64,000 bases of DNA from Gemmatimonadota bacterium (GCA_020348925.1 CP070758.1:2867688-2931687), one strand, 5' to 3'. Shown: positions 32,373-42,505, counted from the stretch's first letter. A program made the numbers and translations. Notes: generated from the sequence alone by a model not told the origin.

Positions 32373-33476
32373 ATGATGAAAGCAACTTGTCTCAGAAGAA
32401 TTTCATTTGTTGCAGTAAGTATGTTCATTTTCTTATTCGCTCTCGATAAAACAGTTGCCCAGACCGGACCTTACTTGGGGCAGGAGCCACCGGGATTTAC
32501 ACCTGAGCTGTTTGCGCCTGAGATTTTTCCGAGAGCGCTTGAACTGCACAGCCCCACCATCTTCTCTCCTGAGGGCACTGAAGTGTACTACTCGCCCATG
32601 GACGGACCCCCCAATGAGATCATGTATATGCGCATGGAGAGCGACGGTTCATGGACACAGCCTCAACTGGCACCATTTTCATCGGAGTACGGTTCCGGCG
32701 ATCCCACATTCTCACCGGACGGGGAACGACTCTATTTTCTCTCCTGGCATCCCCTGATTGAGGGAGGACCCACAGACAAAGAAAATATCTGGTACGTGCA
32801 GAGGCAAGGCGGCTCATGGAGCGAGCCCCAATCCGTTGGTGATGAGGTCAATCGATACATTGTCCACTGGGAAGTCTCCGTCGATTCAGCGTATAATCTC
32901 TACTTCGGGGGAAGCCCGTTGGACCAGGAGGAGTGGGACATCTATTGCTCAGAGTATGTGGATGGCTGCTACATGGCCCCGATTCGAATGAGCGAATCGA
33001 TCAACACCGAGCAATACGAAGCCACGCCCTTCATCGCACCGGACGGGAGCTATCTTATCTTCAACCGCGTAAATATGGTCCAAAGCGGCTATGCCGACCT
33101 CTATATCAGTTATAAAAATGAAGATGGTACGTGGTCAACAGCGAGGAATGTAGGCGAGACGATAAACACAAACCTTCATGAATTATACCCAGTCGTAACG
33201 GTCGATGGGAAGTATCTATTTCTCTTGAGCAACAGAGACTATGTCAGTCGAACATATTGGGTCGATGCCCAGGTTCTGTCAGAAGACTTCCGATGTAACA
33301 ACGCGGACTGCAACGAAGACGGCTCGGTGGATGTCTTGGATGCGCTGTGGGAAGTGAATTGTATCTTAGGAACCGCTCAAACACCTTGTGGGTGTGACTA
33401 CAATCAAGATGGAAAAAGTGATATTCTGGATGTATTAGGAATAGTGAACATCGTTCTTGAGGGCTTTTGTCCGTGA
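32373..33476 (+). CDS. PD40/TolB-like propeller + class B dockerin
   Basis: GPYLGQEPPG, FSPDGERLYF, PFIAPDGSYLIF, ADCNEDG...GFCP. Confidence 0.88.
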   Translation: MMKATCLRRISFVAVSMFIFLFALDKTVAQTGPYLGQEPPGFTPELFAPEIFPRALELHSPTIFSPEGTEVYYSPMDGPPNEIMYMRMESDGSWTQPQLAPFSSEYGSGDPTFSPDGERLYFLSWHPLIEGGPTDKENIWYVQRQGGSWSEPQSVGDEVNRYIVHWEVSVDSAYNLYFGGSPLDQEEWDIYCSEYVDGCYMAPIRMSESINTEQYEATPFIAPDGSYLIFNRVNMVQSGYADLYISYKNEDGTWSTARNVGETINTNLHELYPVVTVDGKYLFLLSNRDYVSRTYWVDAQVLSEDFRCNNADCNEDGSVDVLDALWEVNCILGTAQTPCGCDYNQDGKSDILDVLGIVNIVLEGFCP

Positions 33477-33539
33477 TCGGTATCCATAACAGGATTCGCT
33501 TCATTGAAAACTCATGATCTCTCATTCGTGGAGAATACG

Positions 33540-36500
33540 ATGAAATTAAGAAAACCATTTTTTCGAAACCTCATCTCAATAGTGCTCTTAGGACTTTTAT
33601 GTTTACATGCCCAGCCTGCAGCATCCCACAATACGAAGAACATCTACAGTACTAAATCGCTTCACATCGATCAGCTTCTCAGTTCCACCTTTCTCGGGGG
33701 AACTGGTATGGACGGAATGCAATACGTTCCTCATATCGATATGGCCGCTGATGCTGAAGGTAATATTTATGTCGCTGGGATTACGAGCTCCACGGATTTT
33801 CCAACCACACCCGGCGCTTATCAAAGCACCCTCACTGGTTACTATGATATCTTTATCGCCAAATTTGACTCCGATTTGAAGACACTTTTTGCTTCAACGC
33901 TGCTGGGTGGAGATGCCTCAGAGGGAATGCCGAGGATTTGCCTGGGTCGAGATGATCATATCTACATAATCGGCACAACCGGCTCGACAAATTTTCCTAC
34001 AACGCCCGGTGCTATCGACTCGGATTTATCGGGTGATGAGGATTTTTTTGTTGCGAAGCTGAATAGCGATCTCACGACGCTTCACGCCTCGACGTTTCTG
34101 GGAGGGGACGGGACGGAGGAATTCCCCGCTCTGACGATGGATCACAACGGAAACCTCTTCGTCGGAGGCTTAACAACCCATGGAAGTTTTCCAACAACGG
34201 TCGGGGCCTTTGATGAAGGGTACAACGGGGGTAACTCTGATTTGTTCGTGACCAAGTTCGATGCCGAACTGTCAGCAATTCTGGCATCAACATTTGTCGG
34301 TGGAACGTATCAGGATGAAAAATCGGTGAGGATTGCTGCAAATGGTTCGGGAGAAGTATATCTATTGGGTACCACCGGTTCCTTCGATTTTCCCACAACA
34401 CCAGGCGCCTACGATACGAGCTTCAACGGACCTCATGAATACGATCGATCCAATCTCGATATCTGTGTTTCCAAACTGAGTAATGACTTGACGACCCTGC
34501 TCGCCTCCACTTTTATCGGCGGCAGCGACTTCGACAGGGCCTACTTCATGACGCTCGACAATAACGGCAACGTTCTTTTGAGCGGTCACATGTCCTCAAC
34601 GGATTACCCCACCACACCCGGTGTCCTGGACGATCACCACAACGGTTTCCAGGAAACATTTGTCTCAAGGCTCGACGGTGATTTATCCAACCTTTTAACA
34701 TCAACATATCTCACCCCGGACGATATCGGCTTTGGCTATGTCAATGCCATTGGATGCAACGAGGGGGGTGATGTCTGGCTGTTTGGAGTAACCGATCAGA
34801 TCGGTTACCCTGTGACGGAAGATGCCTTTGATGATCTCTATAACGGCGGGCAGTTGGATGCCACCCTGATGAAGTTGAGCGGCGATTTCACTGAGATATT
34901 GTACGCAACTTTCCTCGGCGGCAACGGGCGGGATTTGGATAACGCCATGGCCCTGAGCGGAGGTGAGGTTTATCTCGCCGGGTACACCGCCAGCGCCAAT
35001 TTCCCGGTCACAGACGACGGCTACGACCCGGACTATAACGGCGGCGGCAGTGACTGCTATGTAGCCAGATTCACCCTGGACCGGTTCAGTCGCATCACGG
35101 CAGGCGATCCGGTCACCGATGGTGGATACTCCAATGGTGTGGTCTGGGTCGATTACGACAACGACGATTTTTTAGATCTCTTCGTCACGAACTGGTATGA
35201 TGCCGGCCAGAGAAACTGTCTCTATCACAACAACGGTGACGGCACCTTCACAAAAGTAACGGATGGTATCATAGTCAATGAAATCGGCTCCCTTGGCAGC
35301 ACCTGGGGGGACTACGATAACGACGGTGACGTAGACGCCTTCGTGGTGAATCCGGGCTTCGGCAGTGCCGGCGCTACAAATTATTTTTATCTCAATGACG
35401 GTGATGGCACCTTCACGAAAGTGACTGAGGGCATCATAGCCAACGATGTCGCAACCTGGACCAGTGCAGCCTGTGGCGACTACGACAACAACGGCTGGCT
35501 CGACCTTTTTGCCGGAAATCACTGCCCGCCGAGTGTGTGCCAGGGTGTTTACGTCGGACTCTATCGCAATGATGGCGGTGCATTCGACAAGACGGTCAAC
35601 GGTGAGATCGGCTTGGTGGAAGAGGAAGGAAGGGGTGCATGGAGCGATTTCGACGGTGATGGCGATCTTGATCTCTGTATCACGAGACCTCAATTAGAAA
35701 CCAATACGCTGTGCAGAAACAACGGCGATGGAACCTTCACCGAGATCACAACCGGTGTCATTCTCTCCGACAGCTCGGTCGCCTGCAGCTGGGGTGACTA
35801 CGACAATGACGGTGATCTCGATCTCTTCATCCCGGGAATCAGGGGTACAAGCCATTCCCTCTATAATAATACAGGAAACGGTGAATTCATCAAAGTTACG
35901 GGACAGGAGCTTGTCGATGAGAACGGCTGGCACGGCAAAGGGAGTAGTTGGGGGGATTACGACAACGATGGGGATCTCGATCTGATTGTCACCAGTAATT
36001 ACATTAACGCTCCCCAGTTTAACGCCCTGTACGAGAACGACAATAACGGAATTTTCACTCGAGTCACCGAGGGACCGATTGCGACCGATTACGAAGCCTC
36101 CTCAGGTGCTGCCTGGGGCGGTTATGATCGTGACGGTGATCTTGATCTGTTTATCGCCAACGTCAATGATGAGAACAACACCCTCTATCGGAATAACGGA
36201 AGCGGGAACAACTGGATCAACGTCAAGTGTGCAGGAACGATGTCAAACAGATCGGCAGTAGGAGCAAAGGTTCGTGTCAAGGCCACTATCAGAGGGATTG
36301 GTGTGTGGCAACTGCGTGAGATTTCAGGGCAGACGGGCATGGCAGCCCAGAACAGTTTGAACGCCCATTTCGGCCTGGGTGACGCCACCGTCATCGACTC
36401 GGTCAGAATCGAATGGCCAAGCGGTATCGTCAGCCTTCTCAAGGATGTCGATGTCAACCAGTTCTTGACCGTCACAGAAGTTATTCCAGGCGACGCCGAT

Positions 36501-36764
36501 GGAGATGGGATCACCGATGAGGATGACAACTGTCCCAATTTTTACAACCCCGACCAGTCCCCCGTCGAGCGCGGCGACATCAATTGCGAGGGCGGCGTCG
36601 ACGTCTTGGACGTCCTCCTTGTGGTCAATCACATCTTAGGGATCACTCCTCTGACAGGAGAACCGCTTGAACGGGCCGACTGCAACATTGACGGCGAGAT
36701 CAACATCATCGACGTCCTCGGCATCGTCAACACGATCCTGGGCAGCAGCTCCTGCGAGCCGTGA
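33540..36764 (+). CDS. SBBP repeats + FG-GAP/CRTAC1 + ASPIC/UnbV + TSP3 + dockerin (class A), no CTD
   Basis: STFLGG...GxTxSxDFPTTPGAY repeats, WGDYDNDGDLD, HFGLG...EWPSG, RGDINCEGGVDVLD. Ends CEP. Confidence 0.9.
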   Translation: MKLRKPFFRNLISIVLLGLLCLHAQPAASHNTKNIYSTKSLHIDQLLSSTFLGGTGMDGMQYVPHIDMAADAEGNIYVAGITSSTDFPTTPGAYQSTLTGYYDIFIAKFDSDLKTLFASTLLGGDASEGMPRICLGRDDHIYIIGTTGSTNFPTTPGAIDSDLSGDEDFFVAKLNSDLTTLHASTFLGGDGTEEFPALTMDHNGNLFVGGLTTHGSFPTTVGAFDEGYNGGNSDLFVTKFDAELSAILASTFVGGTYQDEKSVRIAANGSGEVYLLGTTGSFDFPTTPGAYDTSFNGPHEYDRSNLDICVSKLSNDLTTLLASTFIGGSDFDRAYFMTLDNNGNVLLSGHMSSTDYPTTPGVLDDHHNGFQETFVSRLDGDLSNLLTSTYLTPDDIGFGYVNAIGCNEGGDVWLFGVTDQIGYPVTEDAFDDLYNGGQLDATLMKLSGDFTEILYATFLGGNGRDLDNAMALSGGEVYLAGYTASANFPVTDDGYDPDYNGGGSDCYVARFTLDRFSRITAGDPVTDGGYSNGVVWVDYDNDDFLDLFVTNWYDAGQRNCLYHNNGDGTFTKVTDGIIVNEIGSLGSTWGDYDNDGDVDAFVVNPGFGSAGATNYFYLNDGDGTFTKVTEGIIANDVATWTSAACGDYDNNGWLDLFAGNHCPPSVCQGVYVGLYRNDGGAFDKTVNGEIGLVEEEGRGAWSDFDGDGDLDLCITRPQLETNTLCRNNGDGTFTEITTGVILSDSSVACSWGDYDNDGDLDLFIPGIRGTSHSLYNNTGNGEFIKVTGQELVDENGWHGKGSSWGDYDNDGDLDLIVTSNYINAPQFNALYENDNNGIFTRVTEGPIATDYEASSGAAWGGYDRDGDLDLFIANVNDENNTLYRNNGSGNNWINVKCAGTMSNRSAVGAKVRVKATIRGIGVWQLREISGQTGMAAQNSLNAHFGLGDATVIDSVRIEWPSGIVSLLKDVDVNQFLTVTEVIPGDADGDGITDEDDNCPNFYNPDQSPVERGDINCEGGVDVLDVLLVVNHILGITPLTGEPLERADCNIDGEINIIDVLGIVNTILGSSSCEP

Positions 36765-36850
36765 ATTTGTTAGGGTCGTCGCAAGAATGGGTGGACTATC
36801 AAACAGCCTATCTCAAAGAATATCAGATAGAATTACATATTTTTCGAGTT

Positions 36851-37082
36851 AAGTAACCAAAAGAAAATATACTATCGTCATGCCTTGGCTCTTCAATGCC
36901 CTGAAGCCTGAGCCGTTAGACCGACAGGCGAACGGAGCGGCCGTTTTTTCCGTGTCTGAATCCCCGAGAATCGGGGAAGAGTTTGGAAAAAACAGCGCAA
37001 TGAGCCTTTGACGGTTTCGGCGAAGGCTTTGGGCTGGCCTTTCTTTTTGATTCTTTTTCTTTGGCCAGCAAAGAAAAAGAAT
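36851..37082. repeat. Interspersed palindromic repeat element (TTTCTTTG...CAAAGAAA type, MITE/REP-like)
   Basis: Perfect 14-bp inverted repeat at 37050-37082, internal TCCCCGAgaaTCGGGGA, and an oppositely oriented end fragment aagtaaccaaaagaaa at 36851. Confidence 0.6.
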
Positions 37083-37309
37083 AGAAATTATGTGACAAAC
37101 TGAAATATTCCTTCTGTTTGGCTTTTCATTCACCCCATCGATCCAGAAATCGGTGCATGACCGAATCGAAAGTGAGAAGGCATTCGCATATTCTGCGATG
37201 ATCCATTTTTCTGTACAATACCTGAATACAGTTGACGACCTTCCCGCGAATTCCCTCCTCACTCAAACCCAATATCCTCTAAATCTCAATCGTACCGGAT
37301 GAAAAACCC

Positions 37310-37338
37310 TTGACTTTTACTGAAATGGTGCATATACT
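37310..37338 (+). promoter_or_regulatory. Candidate sigma70 promoter TTGACT-N17-TATACT
   Basis: Near-consensus hexamers with a 17-nt spacer. Confidence 0.65.
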
Positions 37339-37478
37339 TTCTTGCAATTCACTGGACGAGACAACTGCGGTAAAAGCAACTTGACACACACTTCGTCATT
37401 TCTTCGCCATGCATGTGATGGAAGAACAGATTAAAGAAGTCAAATCGAACATTATCAGTACACATATTTTGAATCGAG

Positions 37479-37505
37479 AAAATTTGGGGTCAGGCCCCAA
37501 ATTTT
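37479..37505. repeat. Hairpin AAAATTTGGGG-tcagg-CCCCAAATTTT (REP-like or terminator)
   Basis: Perfect 11-bp arms. A related GGGGTCAAG half occurs near 37556. Confidence 0.55.
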
Positions 37506-37951
37506 GGAATTCGCTGACAAGCACGGTTACCCTATCGTCTGGGGCGTCATCAAAAGGGGTCAAGTCTCCGTTTAACTCTTATCAACATGGGACCAAGCTT
37601 TTTAAAATATTATTGGCATAATCTCAAAAGGAACTGACAATAACAACCCTGACAAGATTTTCAATCAGTGTCCGATTCAGGATTGATAAAACGGGTGTTC
37701 TTTTGTTGTAAATTAGCCTATATTATAAAGTGAAGGCGACGGATTCAAGGCCCATAGCATCACTTGGTCCGCGCCTTCGTTCAACAGATTTTATCGGTAA
37801 ATGAGTTTGATCGTAGGAGAAATCATTTGCAATCCTTGAACTCTTTCTTTTAGCCAGCATCATAGGATATAATCCGGCTCAACTACGAATAAAATACTTA
37901 ATGTTGGCGAACCTTCAGTGGCAATTAAAACGAGTCATAAAAAAACAAACA

Positions 37952-38449
37952 ATGATCGCAGGAGCACTCATTCGTATCACATTCATTACTGCTTTAATAG
38001 TCTGGGGATGTAATAACACAACTTGTCCAAAAGACGAACTCGACTTAAAATCAGAAGCGTTGGATTTTTCTATCAAAGTTATCAAGAGTTATATTGAAAA
38101 TGATACGACAGCATATAAAACGTTTCTCCCAGACACTCTGTATTTAATCGAATTCTGGGAAGAGCCGATACCAACTTCTTCGATATCGGTCACTGAAACT
38201 TTTTCACAATTTGATTTTTCAAATTACACGATGGATGATTTTCATAACAATTATTCGTCACAAATATTTGAGTATGACGAATATAAGGACCAAGAGTGGG
38301 TAACTCCACTCGAATATTGGCATCCAGATTTTGAAGATTACCTGTTTGTCGCGACTTTTATTGAAGGTAGTGAAAATTTTATGTTGGACGATTTTCGGGT
38401 TTTTGTCGTTACTAAAAGAAGTGGTGAGTGGAAAATTAGAGCATTGTAA
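37952..38449 (+). CDS. Hypothetical lipoprotein
   Basis: LIVWGC lipobox-like motif, acidic body ending GEWKIRAL, AT-rich. Start uncertain (ORF opens at 37901). Confidence 0.7.
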   Translation: MIAGALIRITFITALIVWGCNNTTCPKDELDLKSEALDFSIKVIKSYIENDTTAYKTFLPDTLYLIEFWEEPIPTSSISVTETFSQFDFSNYTMDDFHNNYSSQIFEYDEYKDQEWVTPLEYWHPDFEDYLFVATFIEGSENFMLDDFRVFVVTKRSGEWKIRAL

Positions 38450-38523
38450 AAGTGTGCGGTTAAACAAAAAAAATGAGCTCATTCTTAAAATGGGATGTGT
38501 CCCTGTTTTAGAAAGGAAAACAA

Positions 38524-38618
38524 ATGCATCATAAAAAATATTGTTCTCTCGTGAGTGCGGCGTTCATCATTGGGGCGCTGAGCATGGGTTTATTAAGTCG
38601 TTGTTCGAAAGATCCAAC
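38524..38618 (+). CDS. Probable lipoprotein N-terminus, cut by the assembly gap
   Basis: AAAGGA RBS, MHHKKY, a hydrophobic stretch, then LSRCSKDP running into Ns. Confidence 0.55.
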
Positions 38619-38718
38619 NNNNNNNNNNNNNNNNNNNNNNNNNNNNNNNNNNNNNNNNNNNNNNNNNNNNNNNNNNNNNNNNNNNNNNNNNNNNNNNNNN
38701 NNNNNNNNNNNNNNNNNN
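38619..38718. other. Assembly gap (100 N)
   Basis: Run of N. Confidence 1.
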
Positions 38719-38818
38719 GCCAGCAAGGAAGCGTTCTCTTTGTGAAAAATGTGGTTGGCCAGCAAGGAAGCGTTCTCTTTGTGAAAAATGTGGTTGGCCA
38801 GCAAGGAAGCGTTCTCTT
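38719..38818 (+). repeat. 39-bp tandem repeat, about 2.6 identical copies, at the gap edge
   Basis: gccagcaaggaagcgttctctttgtgaaaaatgtggttg at 38719 and 38758, partial copy at 38797. Confidence 0.9.
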
Positions 38819-40001
38819 ATTGATCTTCTTTTGTGCAACAATGGTATCGGTTCTCGGTTTGACGACGTTATATCTTGCAAATACTGAGTTAACCGAATCC
38901 AGTAAAAAATATGAAATGTCAAAGGCATTCTATTTGGCTGAAGGTGGTCTTCAGCGAGCTTTCCATAATATGAATTCCGGTATTGAGAATGGTTGGAGTG
39001 ATGAAATTGCTGGAACGGATGGGACGATCGGAACTGAAGATGACGGTATATTAAACTTCGGTCGCCGTGTAGACTGTTATTCCTCTAACGGAACAATCGA
39101 ATCAGAAGAAGATGATTGTTCACAGCCATATTATTTGGGATGTTACGAGGTTCGTGTTGAAGACGGCCGTGATGATGAACAAAGAACCGGTGTCTGCAAC
39201 AGGGCCATTCTTCGATCGACCGGGATTTCAACGCAGAATTTTAGAAAATCCCTTGAAGCTGAAATTGAAATATTCGAATTGCCGTGGCCCCCGGCGGTGG
39301 TATTCCTGGTTCCAGGTTTGAATGGAACATACCCAAATCCGACCTTCAACGGTCAATCGTGGATGATTGATGGAAATGATCGGAGGCCGGATGGCACTCC
39401 TGATGGAACACCTGGGACGGGAAGCCCGATTCTCGGGATTGCCAGTAACGTATCGGTCAATCCGGTTCTTTCCTCGTTAGCAGAAAATGAATTGGATCAG
39501 GTGAGGGGAGCCGATTTCGATGAAACGACCGATCCTATCATTCCAAGCGTTCGGCAAGTCGACCTGATCGTGAATTTATATGAAACGGTGGATTATTTGA
39601 AAGGCATTGCCGACAACAATGTCGTGTCAGGAACCTATTCTCAATTTACAGGTGAATATGGAAACTCCGACAATTACCAGGTGACTTACTGCAGTGGTGA
39701 TCTTCATTTGAGTGGGCGGATCGAAGGATACGGTGTTCTTGTCGTCGATGGACATTTGACCTTGAGCGGTCAGGGTACCTGGAACGGCTATATATTTTGC
39801 ACAGAAGGAGCGGAGTTTACTGGTGGTGGAAGACCTTTTCATTTATACGGAGCTATGATTCTCGGAACTCCATCAGGTGGGGATCGCAAAGCAAATTTCA
39901 CATGTTCGGGACAAGCAGATCTTTACTATTCACAGGAAACGGTTGAAGAAGCAAGAACGAATCTCCGAGCCGCCACGTATACCTATTGGAGCGAGTTATA
40001 A
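38781..40001 (+). CDS. PilX-like minor pilin/pseudopilin (PilX N-terminal domain)
   Basis: QQG|SVLLLIFF prepilin-like cleavage site, KAFYLAEGGLQRA, and a C-terminal GDLHLSG...GVLVVDGHL beta-solenoid. Start uncertain because of the gap. Confidence 0.75.
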   Translation: MKNVVGQQGSVLLLIFFCATMVSVLGLTTLYLANTELTESSKKYEMSKAFYLAEGGLQRAFHNMNSGIENGWSDEIAGTDGTIGTEDDGILNFGRRVDCYSSNGTIESEEDDCSQPYYLGCYEVRVEDGRDDEQRTGVCNRAILRSTGISTQNFRKSLEAEIEIFELPWPPAVVFLVPGLNGTYPNPTFNGQSWMIDGNDRRPDGTPDGTPGTGSPILGIASNVSVNPVLSSLAENELDQVRGADFDETTDPIIPSVRQVDLIVNLYETVDYLKGIADNNVVSGTYSQFTGEYGNSDNYQVTYCSGDLHLSGRIEGYGVLVVDGHLTLSGQGTWNGYIFCTEGAEFTGGGRPFHLYGAMILGTPSGGDRKANFTCSGQADLYYSQETVEEARTNLRAATYTYWSEL

Positions 40002-40354
40002 TTGCGATTGATTTTGCGAGTCATGAAGTCTCGTCAATAGATAAAAAGCAGACAGAGAATAGTAAAGAACTTCGAGAATACATGCTGAACGGGATTGGAT
40101 TTGCCTGTACAGGTTGCGTTCCCTGCTGTCCATTATTTCATTCGAGTTGGAAGCGTCGGAGAGCCTGAAACGGGATCTGAATGAACTTGAGAATGAGATG
40201 GATCGAAAATTGTTGTTAGGAGATATCCCTTAAGATACGCCGACGCCCTGAACCTCCGTGATAAGCATGTTCACAAACCCATCTACTACTCAAAAGTCAG
40301 GATGAATACAGGTTTTGAACTTTGTTCCACGCCATCTTCTGCGATTAGAGGCTC

Positions 40355-40442
40355 TGTCATTCCGAAATTATCCCGAAATCGCCCGAATGGAGAATCTGCT
40401 CCGTCAATTATGGGGATCCCCGATACGTCGGGCCAGAACGAC
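40355..40442. repeat. REP-like element TGTCATTCCG...CAGAACGACA
   Basis: 8/10 inverted ends and an internal palindrome CCCGAtacgTCGGG. Lies between convergent genes. Confidence 0.55.
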
Positions 40443-40577
40443 AATTCATGAATAAAGCGGGTTATAATATCAGATAGTCGGTGTGCTATGCCTTTCAGCA
40501 GTTTTTATAGGCTGCGCACTTAAGTTCTTCGGAGTGAATCAAGCTCTAAGGGGAACAAGACGAGGGAGGAGACTACC

Positions 40578-41465
40578 TTACAGCGCAGCCAGGGATTGGA
40601 CCTTTTCCGCTAAGAGAATGAGGTACTCGAAATAGTCGTCGACGTAGGCGTATTCGATAATGAAGGGTGTTCCCAGAGGTGGCAGATCCTCGGCGGTGAT
40701 AAAGACATCCCCGCCCTCACCCCAGGCGTATATGACCTCATAGTCGGCGCTGCCGAGCGTATCCGAGACTGATAAGATGGAGATGACATTTCCGACGCGT
40801 GTTGAGAAGATCAACGTACCCCACGATAACCAGGAGGAAAATTCAATTCTCGTGGAATCTATGGTCGCGACCGTTTCGACAACAGTTGTGTAAGGGATGA
40901 TTGCAGGGGGAGGAAATGTCGGATCGACGGCCTTCACCTCGACGTGCGAAAGGAAGAACTCTCCAATATTATAAAGACAGCGGGCGTTAATGACGTGGAT
41001 ATCCTCGGCCGTTATGGTTGGGTCGTGGGTGAAGGTATACTCTTTTCCATTTTCCTCGGCGATGTTGAGTGCTTCCCAGCCGGAAAAGATGGCCAGGACA
41101 TCCTCGTTTTGCGTCATGTAGATGGCGGCCAAGCCGGCATAGGCATCGGCCGCCAAATCGGGTTCCACCTCCCGCAAGGGCAGGAGAAACTGGAAATAGT
41201 CGATGGCTGCGGAGAATTCGCCCTGCTTGAAAAGACTCCAGCCCATTCCGTTGTACGCGTCGTAGCACGATGCATCCTGGCTGATGGCCGATTCGAACTG
41301 TCGAACCGCCGATGCATATTTGCCAGTCGTAAAGTCGGTCCAGCCGGCCTGAACCTTCGAGTCCACGGAAGGCGGAGCAATAATGTGCACCTCCTGATCC
41401 TTCGAGCAGCCGCAAAGACTACCGATAACCAGGCACGCTATTATGCTGACATGTTTTCTCTTCAT
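40578..41465 (-). CDS. TPR-containing lipoprotein
   Basis: LCGC lipobox, and AYNGMGW and AYAGLA TPR helices. Confidence 0.82.
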   Translation of the reverse strand: MKRKHVSIIACLVIGSLCGCSKDQEVHIIAPPSVDSKVQAGWTDFTTGKYASAVRQFESAISQDASCYDAYNGMGWSLFKQGEFSAAIDYFQFLLPLREVEPDLAADAYAGLAAIYMTQNEDVLAIFSGWEALNIAEENGKEYTFTHDPTITAEDIHVINARCLYNIGEFFLSHVEVKAVDPTFPPPAIIPYTTVVETVATIDSTRIEFSSWLSWGTLIFSTRVGNVISILSVSDTLGSADYEVIYAWGEGGDVFITAEDLPPLGTPFIIEYAYVDDYFEYLILLAEKVQSLAAL

Positions 41466-41475
41466 CGTTCCGTTC

Positions 41476-42495
41476 TCAGAAATGGATGTTCATGGATACT
41501 CGTTGGACCCCGTCCAAAACACCGTAATCGGTGTATGCGTAGTCGATATCGATGGTACCGAGAGAACTCGCTTCGAAGTGAAACCCGGCCCCGTAGCTCA
41601 TGCCCCTCGTGTCGTGCCCTGAGGAGTACCCGCTCCTGAGAGCGAGCCCCTCCGCCAATCGATATTCGGCTCCGAAGTTGAGCATCTCGACGTTGTCCCT
41701 GGGATGGATGGCATCGATGGTGGCCAGCAGGTGGTGCCCGTTCATGGTGGCAACCTCGTAGGACATGCCCACTTTGAACGTCATGGGAAGGTGATAGGGA
41801 TTATAGTTTCTTTTTTCCGAGAGAAGGGTTCCGTTGTCGTAATTCTGATACTCTCCGTCCAAGGAGAGAGGCTGTCCGAAATTGAGAACGACGGCCCCGA
41901 ATTTCAAGGACCGGTACCCTGTGTCGTCTTGCATTCCCGCGTCGAAACAGAAGGCCTCGGCCCGTCGCTCTTCCAATCGTTCCCCCACATATTTGACCGT
42001 TGCACCCATACTGAAACGATCGGTGACCCTTTTGGCATAGGTCAACCCAAGCATAAAGTTTGACGTTGTGAACATTTCGCCTGTGCCGTCCTGCTGCTCG
42101 ACCGTGGTCACTTCCATTTCACCGGAGGAGAGATTGGAGAAACTCAGACCGAAGGTACCGTAATCTCCCAGGGAGGTCATGAACGCTGCCGCATTGAGAT
42201 CCACGTCGGCGATCCACGAGGCGCGATGGAGCATAATATGAGTTCCCTCGGTATTGACCGCGTTGGCCGGATTCCAAAAAAGGGCTCCGGCTCCAAGGTT
42301 GTCCACGGCCACACAGGCTTCACCCATGCCCACCGCCCTGGCGTCAACTCCGATCTTGAGGAACTGCGCACCAGCCGTCCCGACCCGGGCGAACTGCTGG
42401 GCCTGAGCCGAACTAAAAAGTGTCAATGCTGCGAGAAAAACGAATTTCTTTGTTAATCTCATTCTAATCATAAAATCCTGACGGATAAACTCCAT
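41476..42495 (-). CDS. PorV/PorQ (UPF0164) family outer-membrane beta-barrel
   Basis: GTAGAQFLKIGVDARAVGMGEA...LFWNPA motif, IDYAY, terminal Phe. True start may be 42471. Confidence 0.9.
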   Translation of the reverse strand: MEFIRQDFMIRMRLTKKFVFLAALTLFSSAQAQQFARVGTAGAQFLKIGVDARAVGMGEACVAVDNLGAGALFWNPANAVNTEGTHIMLHRASWIADVDLNAAAFMTSLGDYGTFGLSFSNLSSGEMEVTTVEQQDGTGEMFTTSNFMLGLTYAKRVTDRFSMGATVKYVGERLEERRAEAFCFDAGMQDDTGYRSLKFGAVVLNFGQPLSLDGEYQNYDNGTLLSEKRNYNPYHLPMTFKVGMSYEVATMNGHHLLATIDAIHPRDNVEMLNFGAEYRLAEGLALRSGYSSGHDTRGMSYGAGFHFEASSLGTIDIDYAYTDYGVLDGVQRVSMNIHF

Positions 42496-42505
42496 GGTTA
42501 GAGAC

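Noticed and set aside
36849-37262. 137-aa ORF
   Set aside because: It is a translation of the palindromic repeat element.
37877-37910. GCTCAAC...GTTGGCG as an integron attC site
   Set aside because: Too short, imperfect core, and no integrase in the window.
38541-38780. ORF extensions across the N gap
   Set aside because: The gap length is nominal, so the frame across it is meaningless and adjacency of the two sides is unproven.
38719-38818. CRISPR array
   Set aside because: The intervening sequences are identical, so it is a tandem repeat. No cas genes are present.
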